DNA of 64,000 nucleotides from Octopus sinensis (GCF_006345805.1 NC_042997.1:59892001-59956000), one strand, 5' to 3'; positions 15,735 to 28,067 are shown, counted from the stretch's first letter. Notes: generated by a model from the sequence alone, not told the origin. Numbers and translations: made by a program.

Positions 15735-15812
<78 letters not shown>
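15613..15812. repeat. Compound trinucleotide microsatellite (TTG)(TTC)(CTA)(TAA)(TGC)(TAC)
   Basis: Six motifs concatenated. Confidence 0.95.
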
Positions 15813-15813
<1 letters not shown>

Positions 15814-15814
15814 G

Positions 15815-16270
15815 TGCAGTGTTTTGGCTTTGTATTGCATTCATTGTGCTCTACATAATATATACGCTGTGCCTAGTATTGCTATTTTATGCATGTTGTG
15901 CACATTTGTAAGTCAATGGAATTTGTTTTATATATTTGTTTCCAAGTGTTTCAATCATTCCCAAGGCAACTATTATGATAGGGATTGCTTCTGTTTTTAA
16001 ACCTGACTTTAGTGTCAACTTTGTTTCCAGATCTTTCTATTTGAATAATTGTCTGTTCCTTTTAGAGATACATTGTCGTCTGCTGGGACTGATACTAAAA
16101 TTAGGAGATGAATTTCCTTTCCTTTTGATTTTGAGAACAATATCCGGATGGTTAACCTTGAACCTCATGTCTGCGTAGGTTGGCATTTCCCAGAACACGT
16201 TTGCATAATCATTCTCTGAGATATTTTTGGTGATTGTTTATACCATCTCTTTTCTGTCGGTTTTTCATAT
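15815..16270 (-). mobile_element. Second R4/Dong endonuclease 3' end
   Basis: ANVFWEMPTYADMRFKVNHPDIV...KDLETKL...KTEAIPIIIVALGMI...HKIAILGTAYIM; 3' end abuts (TAG)n. Confidence 0.8.
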
Positions 16271-16699
16271 ATGATGATGATGATGATGATGATGATGATC
16301 ATCATCATCATCATTTTGTAGTGTTGTTTGTAGTGAATGTTTTTCTGTTGGTGTTAAAGTATCATCCAATATTGTTCTTTTTTAATGTCCCTGTTCAATA
16401 GTTTAGTATTCAATTTAAAAATTCTTGTGAATAAAAAAAAATCACGTTTTGTCGAACGTCACAACTTGCATGATTTTGCTGATATGATTCACGAAATGCT
16501 TTACTTTTACTTCAAGGGTGTCTTTTTTCATTAATATGTTTTTCAGTTATTGAGCTTCATTTTGCTTTTTCGGCGTAGATTCCATTTTTTCCAGTTCCTT
16601 TTATTTATTCTGTTTTATGTAGTAGGGATCTTTTGCATTTTATGAGAAAGGGTGTGGCTGAATGTGTGTTGGGGGGCCATATGTACGCACGCATGATTG

Positions 16700-17100
16700 C
16701 TTGTGTGTGTATGAAGGTGATGGGGTCCTCACTTTATTTGAAACAAATCCCATTTCCTTCGCTACTACCACTCCCACTGAATTGATTAAAACTTTCTGTC
16801 TGTTGATATGTGTGTGCTTTATTTCCATGAACAGAATTCCTGGCAAAATCCTGTCACATCGATTCACTCTTTCACGAAACTGTTTGTTCGTGTGTAGCTT
16901 AAGTAAGTGTTTACATCGAGCCATGTTCATAAATATTGTTGTCTTCTATAATTTTCTCAGTGTCAACTCTAGTTTATCTATGTGTATTTCCTTTATTCAG
17001 TTTGTTTATAATCGTGGGTTCGAAGGGATATTTTTATCGTAACCAGGTATTTGTTTGAACGATACTATGGGGAATTCTGTGATCTTCAGCAAAATTTGGA
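16700..17100 (-). mobile_element. Possible ancient L1/Tx1-like RT relic
   Basis: ENYR.../TIFMNMARCKHLLKLHTNKQFRERVNRCDRILPGIL resembles L1 [23 protein letters not shown]...DQVGFIPG; frameshifted. Confidence 0.3.
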
Positions 17101-17469
17101 CTTTAGTTTTATTCTGTATTTGCTTTTGATATTTGTGCGGTGGCTTTGCAGTTTTTCACTAACTTTTTAGGATTCACTTACTATGTGTTGAAGCTTCCAT
17201 TGTGTTGCTCTCTTTCTTATGTGAATTCTTATGCGCTTTGTGGGACCTGTTTTCTTGTAGGTCTTCTTTTCAATATGTACTTCGTTTTTATTTTATTTCT
17301 AGTGTGTACAGTTTTATAAGTTGTTCCCTCTTTCGCTACTGTGTTCACATTGATATTTTCCCGTATTTTATCGTTTTTGTTTCTTCTCTATGTCTCGCAC
17401 ATCTTATTGAGTGTGCTTGCATGTGCCAGATATACTGTTGATGTTCATAAGAATGTAATTTTTCTTTTC

Positions 17470-17665
17470 TACTCTTGGCACAAGGCCCGAAATTTTTGGG
17501 AGGGGGCCAGTCGATTAGATCGACCCCAGTATGCAAGTGGCACTTACTTTATCGACCCCGAAAGGACGAAAGGCAAAGTCGACCTCGGTGGAATTTGAAC
17601 TCAGAACGTAAAGACAGACGAAATACAGCTAAGCTTTCCGCCCGGCGTACTAACGTTTCTACTTA
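17470..17665 (-). mobile_element. Meta-domain SINE copy
   Basis: TTTATCGACCCCGAAAGGACGAAAGGCAAAGTCGACCTCGGTGGAATTTGAACTCAGAACGTAAAG on +. Confidence 0.85.
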
Positions 17666-18330
17666 GTAATCATTAGTCCGATGTTTTCTATTAATTTACT
17701 TTTTATTTTGGACACCAGCTATAAAAAGTATTTAACCACGTGAGAGGATGCGTTGTACATTCATATTGCGGTCGCGTTAAACACGCTCTATGAAATTCAT
17801 TATATATCCTGACTCGACCGATAACATTTTTATTACTGTTCGAATTATCTATGAACAATGTCATTAGATAGTGCTAGTTTTAAGGTCAACTACATTTGTC
17901 TTCTTTGTAGTAAAAGTGCGTTACTTTTTTTTTTTTGTAGTAAAATTTCGTTTCCTTTATTTTGTAGTAAAAGTTCGTTTCGTTTTGGTGTTACTCAAAA
18001 GAATGTTTTGTTATGTTTGCCCTGAACGTTCATTTGCTTTTTTATTTTCGTATGTCTGTATGCTATTTAAAGAATATTTTTGTGCGTAATAATTGCTTCG
18101 ATCATATATTATAAGTATCACTGACTTGGTTTAATTTTATTTGTATTCAAAAGTTCATTCTACTGCTTTTGTTTGCCTCACATATGTACTTCACTATGCA
18201 TATAATATACATTCTTTCAACCTTTCGGGGTCAATGAAATAAGTGCCAGTTGAGCACTGGGTTGAAGTAACCAACTAGCACCCTCCCCCCAAATTTCAGG
18301 TCTTAAGACTACAGTATAAAGGATTATTGC

Positions 18331-18463
18331 ATTATTTACATTATTTACATTTGACGGATATTTGTCCTCATCTTATTTGTTGTTAACACAACGTTTCGGC
18401 TGATATACCATCCAGCCTTCATCTTAGGGAAACCTGGGTTCTCATTCCTAAGGTATTTTTCGA

Positions 18464-18504
<41 letters not shown>

Positions 18505-18612
18505 TATTATTATTATTATTATTCAGGTCACTGCTTGGAATCGATTCCAATAATAATAATAATAATAATAATAACATCGAAAAATACTTTAGGAATGAGA
18601 AAACAGGTTCCA
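18331..18612 (-). mobile_element. Penelope-like pseudo-LTR relic, folded back, with broken hammerhead (same family as 52700-53605)
   Basis: Shares TTGTTGTTAACACAACGTTTCGGCTGATATACC and ACCTGGGTTCTCATTC with 52741-52826. Inverted copy CATCGAAAAATACTTTAGGAATGAGA at ~18575-18600. Apex is the 16-bp palindrome TTGGAATCGATTCCAA (18535-18550). Confidence 0.85.
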
Positions 18613-19509
18613 AAATGTATCTTGTCCAATGTGATAAGAATTCTGCCAATCTAGGACAATTATAATTGTTTCTAGTTCATGTTCGAGGCCATCAGTTTGG
18701 TGGAGAGAGAGTTAGTTGATATCATCAATTCCAGTACTTAACGGGTACTTTATTTTATCGACCCAGGAAAGATGAAAGACGAAAGTTGAATTCGGCGTGA
18801 TTTGAACTCACAATGTAAAACAATGTAGCTAAATAATACAAAAGAATTTTCTCGGCATTCTGTCAATTCTGTTAACTCACGTAGCGATAGTAAAATAAAA
18901 TTAAAAAATGAGACTAGCAAAAATTTTCCACTGAATGACTTAGCCAAAACTAGAAGCTGAATTTAAACAATTAGCTTAGGAGGCGAGGCCCTACAAAATA
19001 TAGGAAACATGACTAAATAATACCAGTGAATCAATGTAATAAAATAACTTAACCAAACATAAAGTAATCTTAATGATTCAACACCTACGAAACAAAATGA
19101 ATAAGTACTTTCCTATCTTATCTTAAAGAGACATAAATGTAACACTTTATTTGTAATATTGCAATCAGGTGACGTATAATATAAAGAAGCAAGTAGAAAT
19201 GAGATACTCAAATCAAAACATATATATATCAGTGTTCCTCAATATATTGACTAAATAGAAATATAATATTACATACATCAAGTAAAAAGCTGTTATTTGA
19301 TCAATGATAGAGAACATCAGAGAATGAGTTTAGTGAGAACGCTTAGAGATATATGTAACACGAAAAGAAAAAAAACGCCTTTTAAAATGGTTCGCATTTC
19401 AATGATGCTTATTGTCAGTTCTAACTACACAATGAAATGGCGATTTTTTATGTAAATTAAATGTAGATAAAAAATACTATGTTTCGGTTTTAATATGGCC
19501 AATTAGAGA

Positions 19510-19715
19510 AGGTAGTGTGCTGGTAGAAACGTTAGCGTATCGGACACAATGCTTTTCGGCATTTCTTCCAACTCTTTAGTTTCTGAGTTCAAATCCCCCC
19601 CGAGGTCGATTTTTTTGCCTTTCATCTATTCTCGGTCGAGAAAATTAAGTACTAGTCAAGTACTGAGTTCGAGGCAATCGACTTGCATTCGTCCCTTTGA
19701 AGTTGCTGGAATTGA
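19510..19715 (+). mobile_element. Meta-domain SINE copy (diverged)
   Basis: CTGGTAGAAACGTTAGCG...TTCTGAGTTCAAATCC...GGTCGAGAAAATTAAGTACTAG. Confidence 0.75.
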
Positions 19716-21086
19716 AAATTATGTCCAGACTCGATGTATGAAAATAATCGTAAAATTTCGAGATGTCATGTAAACTTATTGCACTGTCTGTCATAAAGTG
19801 CCAAAGAGAAGATTACTTCTGATGACGTGAGATAAATTGAAAGCTGTATAGTTTTGGAAGTTAAATTCGGCTATTAATATGTACATAATCAGAAATGATG
19901 TATAGCATACTAGTTTCTGAGAAAGCACTTCTACAGTGTGAATTAAGCAGACATAGTGACACGTCTTTCAATCCTTAGCCTAGAAATTTCTAAAATTTTA
20001 CACGAGTGCAACATTCATAAATGAAGTACCCCAAGCTTCTCACCAACTAAAAATACAAAGGATAGCAACTAACGACAGTCACAGTCTCATGAATATAGAA
20101 GGATCAGTCTCCAATATAGAAGGATCAAAATTACTATTATAAAATGACTGAGTGGATAAGGTTTTGGACCAACTGTTCAAAACTGCGAGCGAAATATACT
20201 GTAAATATTTTGTTGTTTCTGGGAAAGACACTCTATTCTTTATTGTCTCTGTTCATCTAGCTCTCAAGCGAATTTATGTACCAGATCCTCTGGACGTGTT
20301 ATCTGTACTAGGGGACACTTTCTTTTACCTACTTAAGCTTGTAACATTGGAGCTAAGTACCAGCTCGTAAAGCTATTTAGTAGATATTTACATCGAGCTT
20401 TATGAACAAAGAAAATATTTACAAAATATTAACAGGAATAAACGAAACACTAATTATTTTGTTAAAAAGTAAATGGGGGGAATATGACAAAATCAATGAA
20501 GGCTCCACAATTGTATTCTGGATAATTGTAAATATACCAAAATTGTGAGCAGCATTTTGTCAATAAGATATCACCAAAAGCAAAAGTGCATTTAGGCATA
20601 ATTTCTAATATTCTGTTGTCGGGGCATACTATCAGCATTACGAGAAAAGACAAGATATTTACAGAGAAAAAATATGCAAAGAGCTGCAAGTTTCCAAATA
20701 AGATAAGGAATGCATGTAGAGGCCAAAGGCAGTGATAGATAAATAATAGCTGAATCCTTCGAGGTATGTAAGTAAACAGCGAAATAGCGATAAGAAACTA
20801 CTTTGCTATCAAAGATAAACATGCCAGAGGCTGTACATTGATAAATGGGAAATACACATATACAAATGTACATGTGTACACAAACACCCATATCAGATTA
20901 AAATCTATAACGATAATAAAAGAAATTCTTTAATAATTAGCATATTGTAGATTACAAAAATTAACGAATGTGGGTTTCGAAACCATGTACTACGTATCAT
21001 AATGCGATATGTTGGTTATCGTGAATATCAATTAAATTGAACTGTGCATGCGTGAAATTGAGATGAAATTAACTGATTTCTTATCG

Positions 21087-21246
21087 CAGGCGTAGCTGTG
21101 TGGTAAGAAGTTTGCTTCCCATGCACATGGCTCCGAATTCAGTCCTACTGCGTGGCACATTGGGCAAGTGACTCCTATTATAACCTCGGCCTGACCAAAG
21201 CCTTCTGAGTGGATTTGGTAGACGGAAACTAAAAGAAGCCCGTCGT
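21087..21246 (+). mobile_element. tRNA-derived CORE-like SINE
   Basis: GGCGTAGCTGTGTGGTAAGAAG...TTGGGCAAGTG...GTAGACGGAAACTAAAAGAAGCCCGTCGT; second copy at 63818-63970. Confidence 0.8.
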
Positions 21247-21644
21247 ACACACACACACATATATATACACATGTGTGCGTGTGTGTATAACACAAATATA
21301 AATATATATATATACACACCGCGTAAGAGAAATAGCAGATAAATACTGAGAGTTAAATTAATACTTTAAGTCTTTTCTGCTAAGGTGAAATGAAAATAAC
21401 TTTTAATGTAAAAGTATATCGCTATCTTGTATACTGTAATAGTATATGTGTATCTTGATAAAGATGGTGCTGTTACTACTATTACTACTACGACGACAAT
21501 GATACTTTCTTATACCAACACAAGGCTGCATATTTTATGAGAAAATATGTCGTCTGTATATTCTGTATATTATTTATTGTAAATTACTTTAGTTCCACTT
21601 TAACCAATGCCTTAATAATGATTTCAAATTTTGGCTCGAGGACA

Positions 21645-22160
21645 AGGTGGTGAGATGGCTGAAACGTTAGCGCGCCGGGCGAAATGCGTTGCCGTATTTC
21701 GTCTGCCGTTACGTTGTGAGTTCAAATTCCGCCGACGTCGACTTTGCCTTTCATCCTTTCGATATAATCGACTTAATCCGTTTGTCTGTCCCTGTTTGTC
21801 CTCTCTATGTTTAAATTCCGCCGACTTTGCCTTTCATCCTTTCGGGGTCGAGAAATTAAGTACCACTTGCGTACTGGGGTCGATCTAATCGACCCCCCCC
21901 ACCTACCAAAAAAAAAGAAAAAAATTCCGGGTCTTGCGCCTAGAGTAAAAAGGATTTTTTGCACGAGGACACCAACTTTTGGGAGCGGGTAAGTCGATTA
22001 AATCGATTCCAGTATTCAATTAGTATTTATTTTATCGAACCCAAAAAGATGAAAGGTAAAGTCGATCTCGGCAGAATTTGAACTTAAAAACGTAAAGATG
22101 GACAAAATGTCGTTACGCATTTTGCCAGGCGTGATAACGATTCTGCAAGCTCCCCACCTT
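21645..22160. mobile_element. Cluster of Meta-domain SINEs (two + copies followed tail-to-tail by a - copy)
   Basis: + copies ~21645-21955 and a - copy ~21960-22160 share CCTTTCATCCTTTCGGGGTCGA or its complement. Confidence 0.8.
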
Positions 22161-25100
22161 ATCCAGTGCCTTAATAATAAAACAATAATTTTATACATAG
22201 GCATACAGTCGTAGATTTACTGGAAGAGAGGCACACAGTCAGAGAAATGCTTGCGGCGACAACGTAGCAATGTAATGTACGTGCATTTCTTGCGTTCTAA
22301 TTTATTATAGCTCTTACGAAGTTGTTACAGCAGTGAACCAGTGATCTTTGTAAAGTTTACATAACTACAAATTGTATTGATCATAGAAATTAATAAAGCT
22401 TGATATTTTCAAGTACTATTTTTATTTTTGTTAAGTTTGAGGATAGAGTCATACCTGTTATATTGATGTTTAGATTAAGAATTTTATGTCGACTAAGGAG
22501 TATTATTATTGTTTAGACTACAACATGCTAGCAAAGAAAGTTGGAAAACATGACATTTAGTTCTGATCTTTTTTAAGGCTAATACTTTGCTCTTTTGTCT
22601 GTAGATATTTTATCTTCAGGCTAGAAGTTTGTTTTCATATGACGTTGATTTACAGTATATACACTTTAGCTAATATATGAATTGGATATCTAGTAAACCA
22701 TTGCATTTTTTGGGGGCTTCTACAAAAACCTTTCATCTTTATCTCGCGTATATAAAACAGCTAACTGGATGTAATTAAAACATTGCAAAGAAGCGAAATA
22801 CACTTCAGTGTAACAAATTCTTACAAAGATGATCTACATCTCATAACTCTGAAACTTTACTGGCCCAGATAAATAATCTTTAATGAGTTGTGGGATATCA
22901 TTGAAATTTTCTCGTCATGTGACGTTTACAATTCCCCAAATTGTAATATTTGGCGGAACTAAAAGATCGGATACAGTAAAATCGTTGAGTGTTCCGTCTG
23001 AGGATCGTAACTTGTCCGTGAAATGTCTTCATTTGTTTATCAGAACTTGCGGGTACTTAGAGAGTTATCATAAGAGTGGATTAACGAATATTAGTTAAGT
23101 AATAAAAATCTTGGGTTACAATTCTGATCAAAAATATTTTCCCTGGTCCTAATCTCCAACAGAAAAAATTTAAATAGTAAACATTAGTAAAACTGTTGAT
23201 ATTCGCTTTATATTCTATCAAATAAATTTTACTGTCAATTCACATTTCATTTTAAGATCAGGGTTTGGAATGCTAAAATATATTTATCTTAATGTCGAAA
23301 TATTGAATAAAGCTAGTTTTGTCACATTCCGTTGAAACTCCACTTTTTTAACATTTGTATTTATGTACAGAAATGACAATGCTTCAAGCAGATCAAGAGA
23401 TCTTGTTTTGTATATTTTAGTTTAAGTAGAATACAATTAATCGTATCAAAACAATTTGAAATCTATCCTACTTAATGAAACGGACTAAAGTTATTGTCTT
23501 TTTACCAACGATATTTTTTTTATCAATAAAATGTTACTAGTGCTATCAGTGAGAATATTTAAAGACTCTTCCATACAAAAATAGCGAAGCGAAAACACAA
23601 AGAATATCAGACAACGCGTTTTAAAACAAATACACAAATAAAGAGAATGACCTTTATGATACAATGATTTCTGAAGGAGAGAATGATTTAGTTGTAAGTG
23701 AACTTTTTTGTGGATATCTTTCACAAAAAGATAATAAACGCGGGCAGCAAGCTAATTTTTTTCTTGGCTACAAAAACAAATTAACCTCCAAAGCTAAATC
23801 AGCTAGTAATAGCAATTTTATTTCAAAACAAAAGACATATTAGCAAAGAGAACCGAGTTGAACTTTATTAAATTATAGTTGAGATCTCAGAGGTTTACTT
23901 TCGTAAAATCATACAACTATTAATGACTACATAATTAAACAGTTTATTAATTAGCAATAAGGAGAAAAATGACGTGGCGTGAAGGAGTGGCAATAAATGC
24001 AACACTGGGATTGAGAGATGTTAAGGCGACTTTGTTATAAATAAAGTCGTTACATGGCCGCTCGACCTGCTAAAATTAACAGTTAAATCTTCATCAATCC
24101 ATTCTTTATTGCGGGTGTATATTAAATTGTGTGATCTTTTTGGCATTATTGAGGCGCAAGACGAATTAATCACAGCTAAAATGCTTTTATTATCAGTCAG
24201 CCTAACTAATGTTCGACCAGTGATAAACAATAGCGATGCACAAGTTTCCCCAAAGAGAAACAACAATAAAAAAAGTAGCCATTCAAGTCCAAGTCTTTAG
24301 AAAATTAATTAATTGTTATTAGAAACATATATTTAATTACTAATACTTAAAAATGATTGTTTCTGATTAGAGACTGTCTAAATCATACAAATAAATATTC
24401 TCATGTTGTAGCTTTTCCCCACTTCTTTGATGTTTTCATAATTTCATCTGCTTTTGTTTTTATATAAAAGAGCAATGATTAAGTGATTAATATATTTCAC
24501 ACCTAATAGGTAGGATTTCACTGACTTAATAGAAAGTCGTTAGAATTCCTTGTGACGTTTGCCTCATCTATATGCTATCTGAGTTTAACTCATGCCAAGA
24601 TCAACTTGTGGAGAGTTGCACGGTATGTCGTGCAGTATCTGTTGCGGTAGTTTGTATTTTAGAGAAGAAACTCCCGCGAAAGCACTGGTACTTAACTATT
24701 TTAATCCTCAATCCTTGTCATTTTCTTGGTGTTGAGAAAGGGAGTCTTTCTTATATGGTTGATTGTTGACCTTCCATTAAAAAAGACGCTTGCCCAGGTT
24801 TGCGCTTTAGAGAACGTATAAGGAGTAAATCTTTAGTTTTCTAATACATAAAATATAGCACCAATCAAGTACTGGGGTCGATATAATCGACCAGCCCCTG
24901 CCACCAAAGTTTTAGACTTTGAGTCTATAGTAGAAAGAATTATTATTATTATTATTATTATTACTATTATTATTATTGTTAGTGAAGCCTCATGGCTAAC
25001 TGGTTAGGGTGTCCAGCCCTCGTTTACAGTACTGTGGGTTCAATTCTTGGAGGAAGGCATATATATACTGGAGCCACATTTCAGTGGCTCCAGTCTACTA

Positions 25101-26244
25101 CTACTACTACTACTACTACTACAACAAATAACAAATATTTCACGTTTGTTCATAAAACTCGCTAGTGTGATTTGAAGGGAGTTTGAGGGCAGGCTGACTT
25201 TTCCTTTAAGTAGGTCGAACGACAGTACAGTGGCTCCATTTTTGGTCTATCCATTTAAAGACTTCTCGACAAAATTGGTGGAATAGTAGATGGGTTAGTA
25301 CTCATAAATTCTTTTGCACAAAAGACATTCGTATTCTTTGTAAAATTTATTGAAGGTAACAACTTGACTAGTTTGTAGAATATTTAATTAACTTTCCATA
25401 TAATTGTGTAAGAGAGTAAGTGATGGATCAACTTGAGAAGGCAATACTCCAATTTCCTACAGATTTTTTGACACTTACTAAATAATTCAGCTTCAGACAG
25501 TTCTGTTTGAACAAGCCAATACACATAAAAGCGATCATAAAATTACGAACTACATTTCACTTTCAAGTATTTCATTTTTTCTAATGAATTTATTGAGCCA
25601 AAATCTGAAGGCTATAATTAGTAAAAGAGTAAATGCCAGACAGAAATGAAGTATTGAATAATTATTTGAAATGTTCCTTTTACATGAAATCATTGCCTTT
25701 TTCTTTCTAAGTATAAGTGATCATAGTTTTTAAACGAAAGAGAATAGGGTCCTGCATCTTTTATTACTTTTTCATTAGTTGTATAGCTACCACGAACTGG
25801 CTTTAACTGAGGATTAAAACTAGTTATTCTTGGGTTCCTGTGAGATCTTGCTGTTTACTATTCGATAACTTGATGCATTAACATTTTAAAATTTTATTCG
25901 AGAATTTGTTCTTTAAAAGCATTTATATGTCTATCTGGAATGAAGTGATTTAATAGCCTCTTGCATATTTTGAAAAGTAATTTAGGCGGCGCATAGAGAT
26001 TAAGAAACGACCTTGTGGCAAAGGTAAAGGAAAACGACTCGTACGTTGCAACTAGATATTCCATTCCAGCACAATAAAATTATCTTACCCTGACGAAACT
26101 TACCTAACACAGGGTTGCCTCTTAAGCAAGGAGAGATTTATCTCTCTTCTGTTTAATATTACAAGCATTTCTGGATTTGCACCGGCTCGGTAGAGTTTAG
26201 TTTTTTTTAAAAAGATCAATTAATCCTAAAGGCATTGTAAATGT

Positions 26245-26645
26245 ATACATACATACATACATACATACGTACATATGTACGTACACATAAATATATATAT
26301 TCATGCAAACACAAATACACACACACACACGCACACACACATATACTTATGGAGAGTCGCTCAAACTTTCCTAAAAAGGAGCGGGTTACACCAGAGTGAG
26401 CACATAAATGTGAAACAAGGTGGAAAAAATAGGACTCGAATACCGGTATTCGAGTCCTATTTTTTCCACCTTGTTTCACATTTATGTGCTCACTCTGGTG
26501 TAACCCGCTCCTTTTTAGGAAAGTTTGAGCGACTCTCCATAAGTATATGTGTGTGTGCGTGTGTGTGTGTATTTGTGTTTGCATGAATATATATATTTAT
26601 GTGTACGTACGTATGTACGTATGTATGTATGTATGTATGTATGTA
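26245..26645. repeat. Spacer-less, near-perfect ~400-bp palindrome
   Basis: Centre ...AGGACTCGAATACC|GGTATTCGAGTCCT... between 26444 and 26445; ORFs 26216-26584(-) and 26275-26586(+) give the same peptide. Confidence 0.95.
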
Positions 26646-26780
26646 TGTATGTATGTATGTATGTATGTATGTATGTATGTATGTATGTATGTATGTATGT
26701 ATGTATTAGGGAGTAAATCCAAACTTACAGGGAAAAATTAGATTTAGGATTAAATCTAATTTTACAGTATAAATATGAAT

Positions 26781-26965
26781 TAAATTAGAGATAAAACCAC
26801 TATTAGGCAAATCAAACAGTGACTATAACCATAATTCGAATTATTAATTGAATTTGAATTATTGTTATTCGAATTAGGTTATGGGCATGAAACGATCGTA
26901 GTGGTTTTACTTTTTATCTTATATTAGACATTTTAATACTTTTTGATAGCTATATATATTTTAAA

Positions 26966-27024
<59 letters not shown>

Positions 27025-27209
27025 TATATATATAAATTTCTAAATATAAATTAATAATTTTAAATTTTTAACTTTAAATTTAAATAATTTAAATTTTGAA
27101 TTTTATATTTTATATATTTTGTATATTATATTAATTAATTTTATTTCTATGTTTTGGTTTATGTTTTTCACTGTTTGATTTGCCTAATAGTGGTTTTATC
27201 TCTAATTTA
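26781..27209. mobile_element. Penelope-like 3' end with a 42-bp inverted terminal duplication and the 3' half of a hammerhead
   Basis: TAAATTAGAGATAAAACCACTATTAGGCAAATCAAACAGTGA (26781-26822) is inverted at ~27168-27209. A long AT hairpin is followed by GAAA-CGATCG-TA-GTGGTTTT at 26889-26908. Confidence 0.65.
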
Positions 27210-27212
27210 ATT

Positions 27213-27246
<34 letters not shown>

Positions 27247-27314
27247 TACACACACACATATATATATATATGAATATGTGTTTGTATGCATAACTAAAGA
27301 AATGACAAGATAGG

Positions 27315-27355
27315 TTTCGCTGAGGAAGCCTAATAAGACTGAAACATGTATAGAT
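27315..27355 (+). ncRNA. Type I minimal hammerhead ribozyme motif (stem I decayed)
   Basis: CTGAGGA-AGCCT-AATA-AGACT-GAAA-CATG-TA; palindromic stem III ACATGT. Confidence 0.6.
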
Positions 27356-27851
27356 TTTTCACCTTATTTTCAAAAATTAAAATCTTACTCCATTGTTTTC
27401 ATTCAGATTTTAATTAATTGGGATTTTGGGATTTTGGAGTAGTTTTCTTTCTTTGCGTGACAGAAATTAATCATTATAATCAATGTTTTTTATTTATTAA
27501 AATTAAGGATTCAATAGGAGTGTTATCATAACTAATTAAGCATTTTCTCTGGGGTTCAGTAAAATTTGCATGATAGTCTTCACTTAACAATAATTGTTTT
27601 TTCCCATACAAATACAATGCCTTTATGTTAAGTTATACTACCTTACACCACTGTATCAATAATATACCAATCATAAATAATAATAATAAAAAACTGGAGG
27701 AAATGTATTAAGTGGCCGTTTTGAGTTAAACATTCCAACTTTTAAAAATCAGGCCTGAAAACTTTGTTAAAACTTTACTCACAGTTTTCATTTAAGATCT
27801 TGAAATTTCATTTAATATCCAATTAGGGAAATGAATGAAAATCAAACTTAC

Positions 27852-28067
27852 CTGAGCTTTGTCGCAATCGCCTTTGCAAGATCCTTTCGGATTGATTATA
27901 GCCTCAGCCTCGTCATTCCATTTTTTCACAGCCGTTTTGACAAGACCTTTCAGATCATCTTTCTCAGAATCGTAGTACATGTTTTGTCCAAAATATTTAT
28001 CGTATTCTTTATAATCACAAGTTAAAGACCATGTTCCAGCAGCAGAACTCAAACCATCATCCCAAAC
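27852..28067 (-). CDS. Internal exon of a CAP/SCP-domain (CRISP/antigen-5/PR-1) protein gene
   Basis: Acceptor ...GCTTCTTTTCAAG| and donor CAG|GTAAGT bound exactly 216 bp = 72 codons, phase 0/0: VWDDGLSSAAGTWSLTCDYKEYDKYFGQNMYYDSEKDDLKGLVKTAVKKWNDEAEAIINPKGSCKGDCDKAQ. Fits the CAP pattern WD..L...A..W...C...GxN....AV..W..E.....C...C...Q. Other exons not located. Confidence 0.88.

Noticed and set aside
20462-20689. Cys-containing minus ORF as a CAP C-terminal exon
   Set aside because: Lacks VGC, CxY and GN motifs and convincing splice sites.
22995-23035. CTGAGGA...GAAATGTC hammerhead-like motif
   Set aside because: Stem II and stem I do not pair.
26088-26120. CTGACGA followed by a short hairpin
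   Set aside because: No GAAA or UH downstream.
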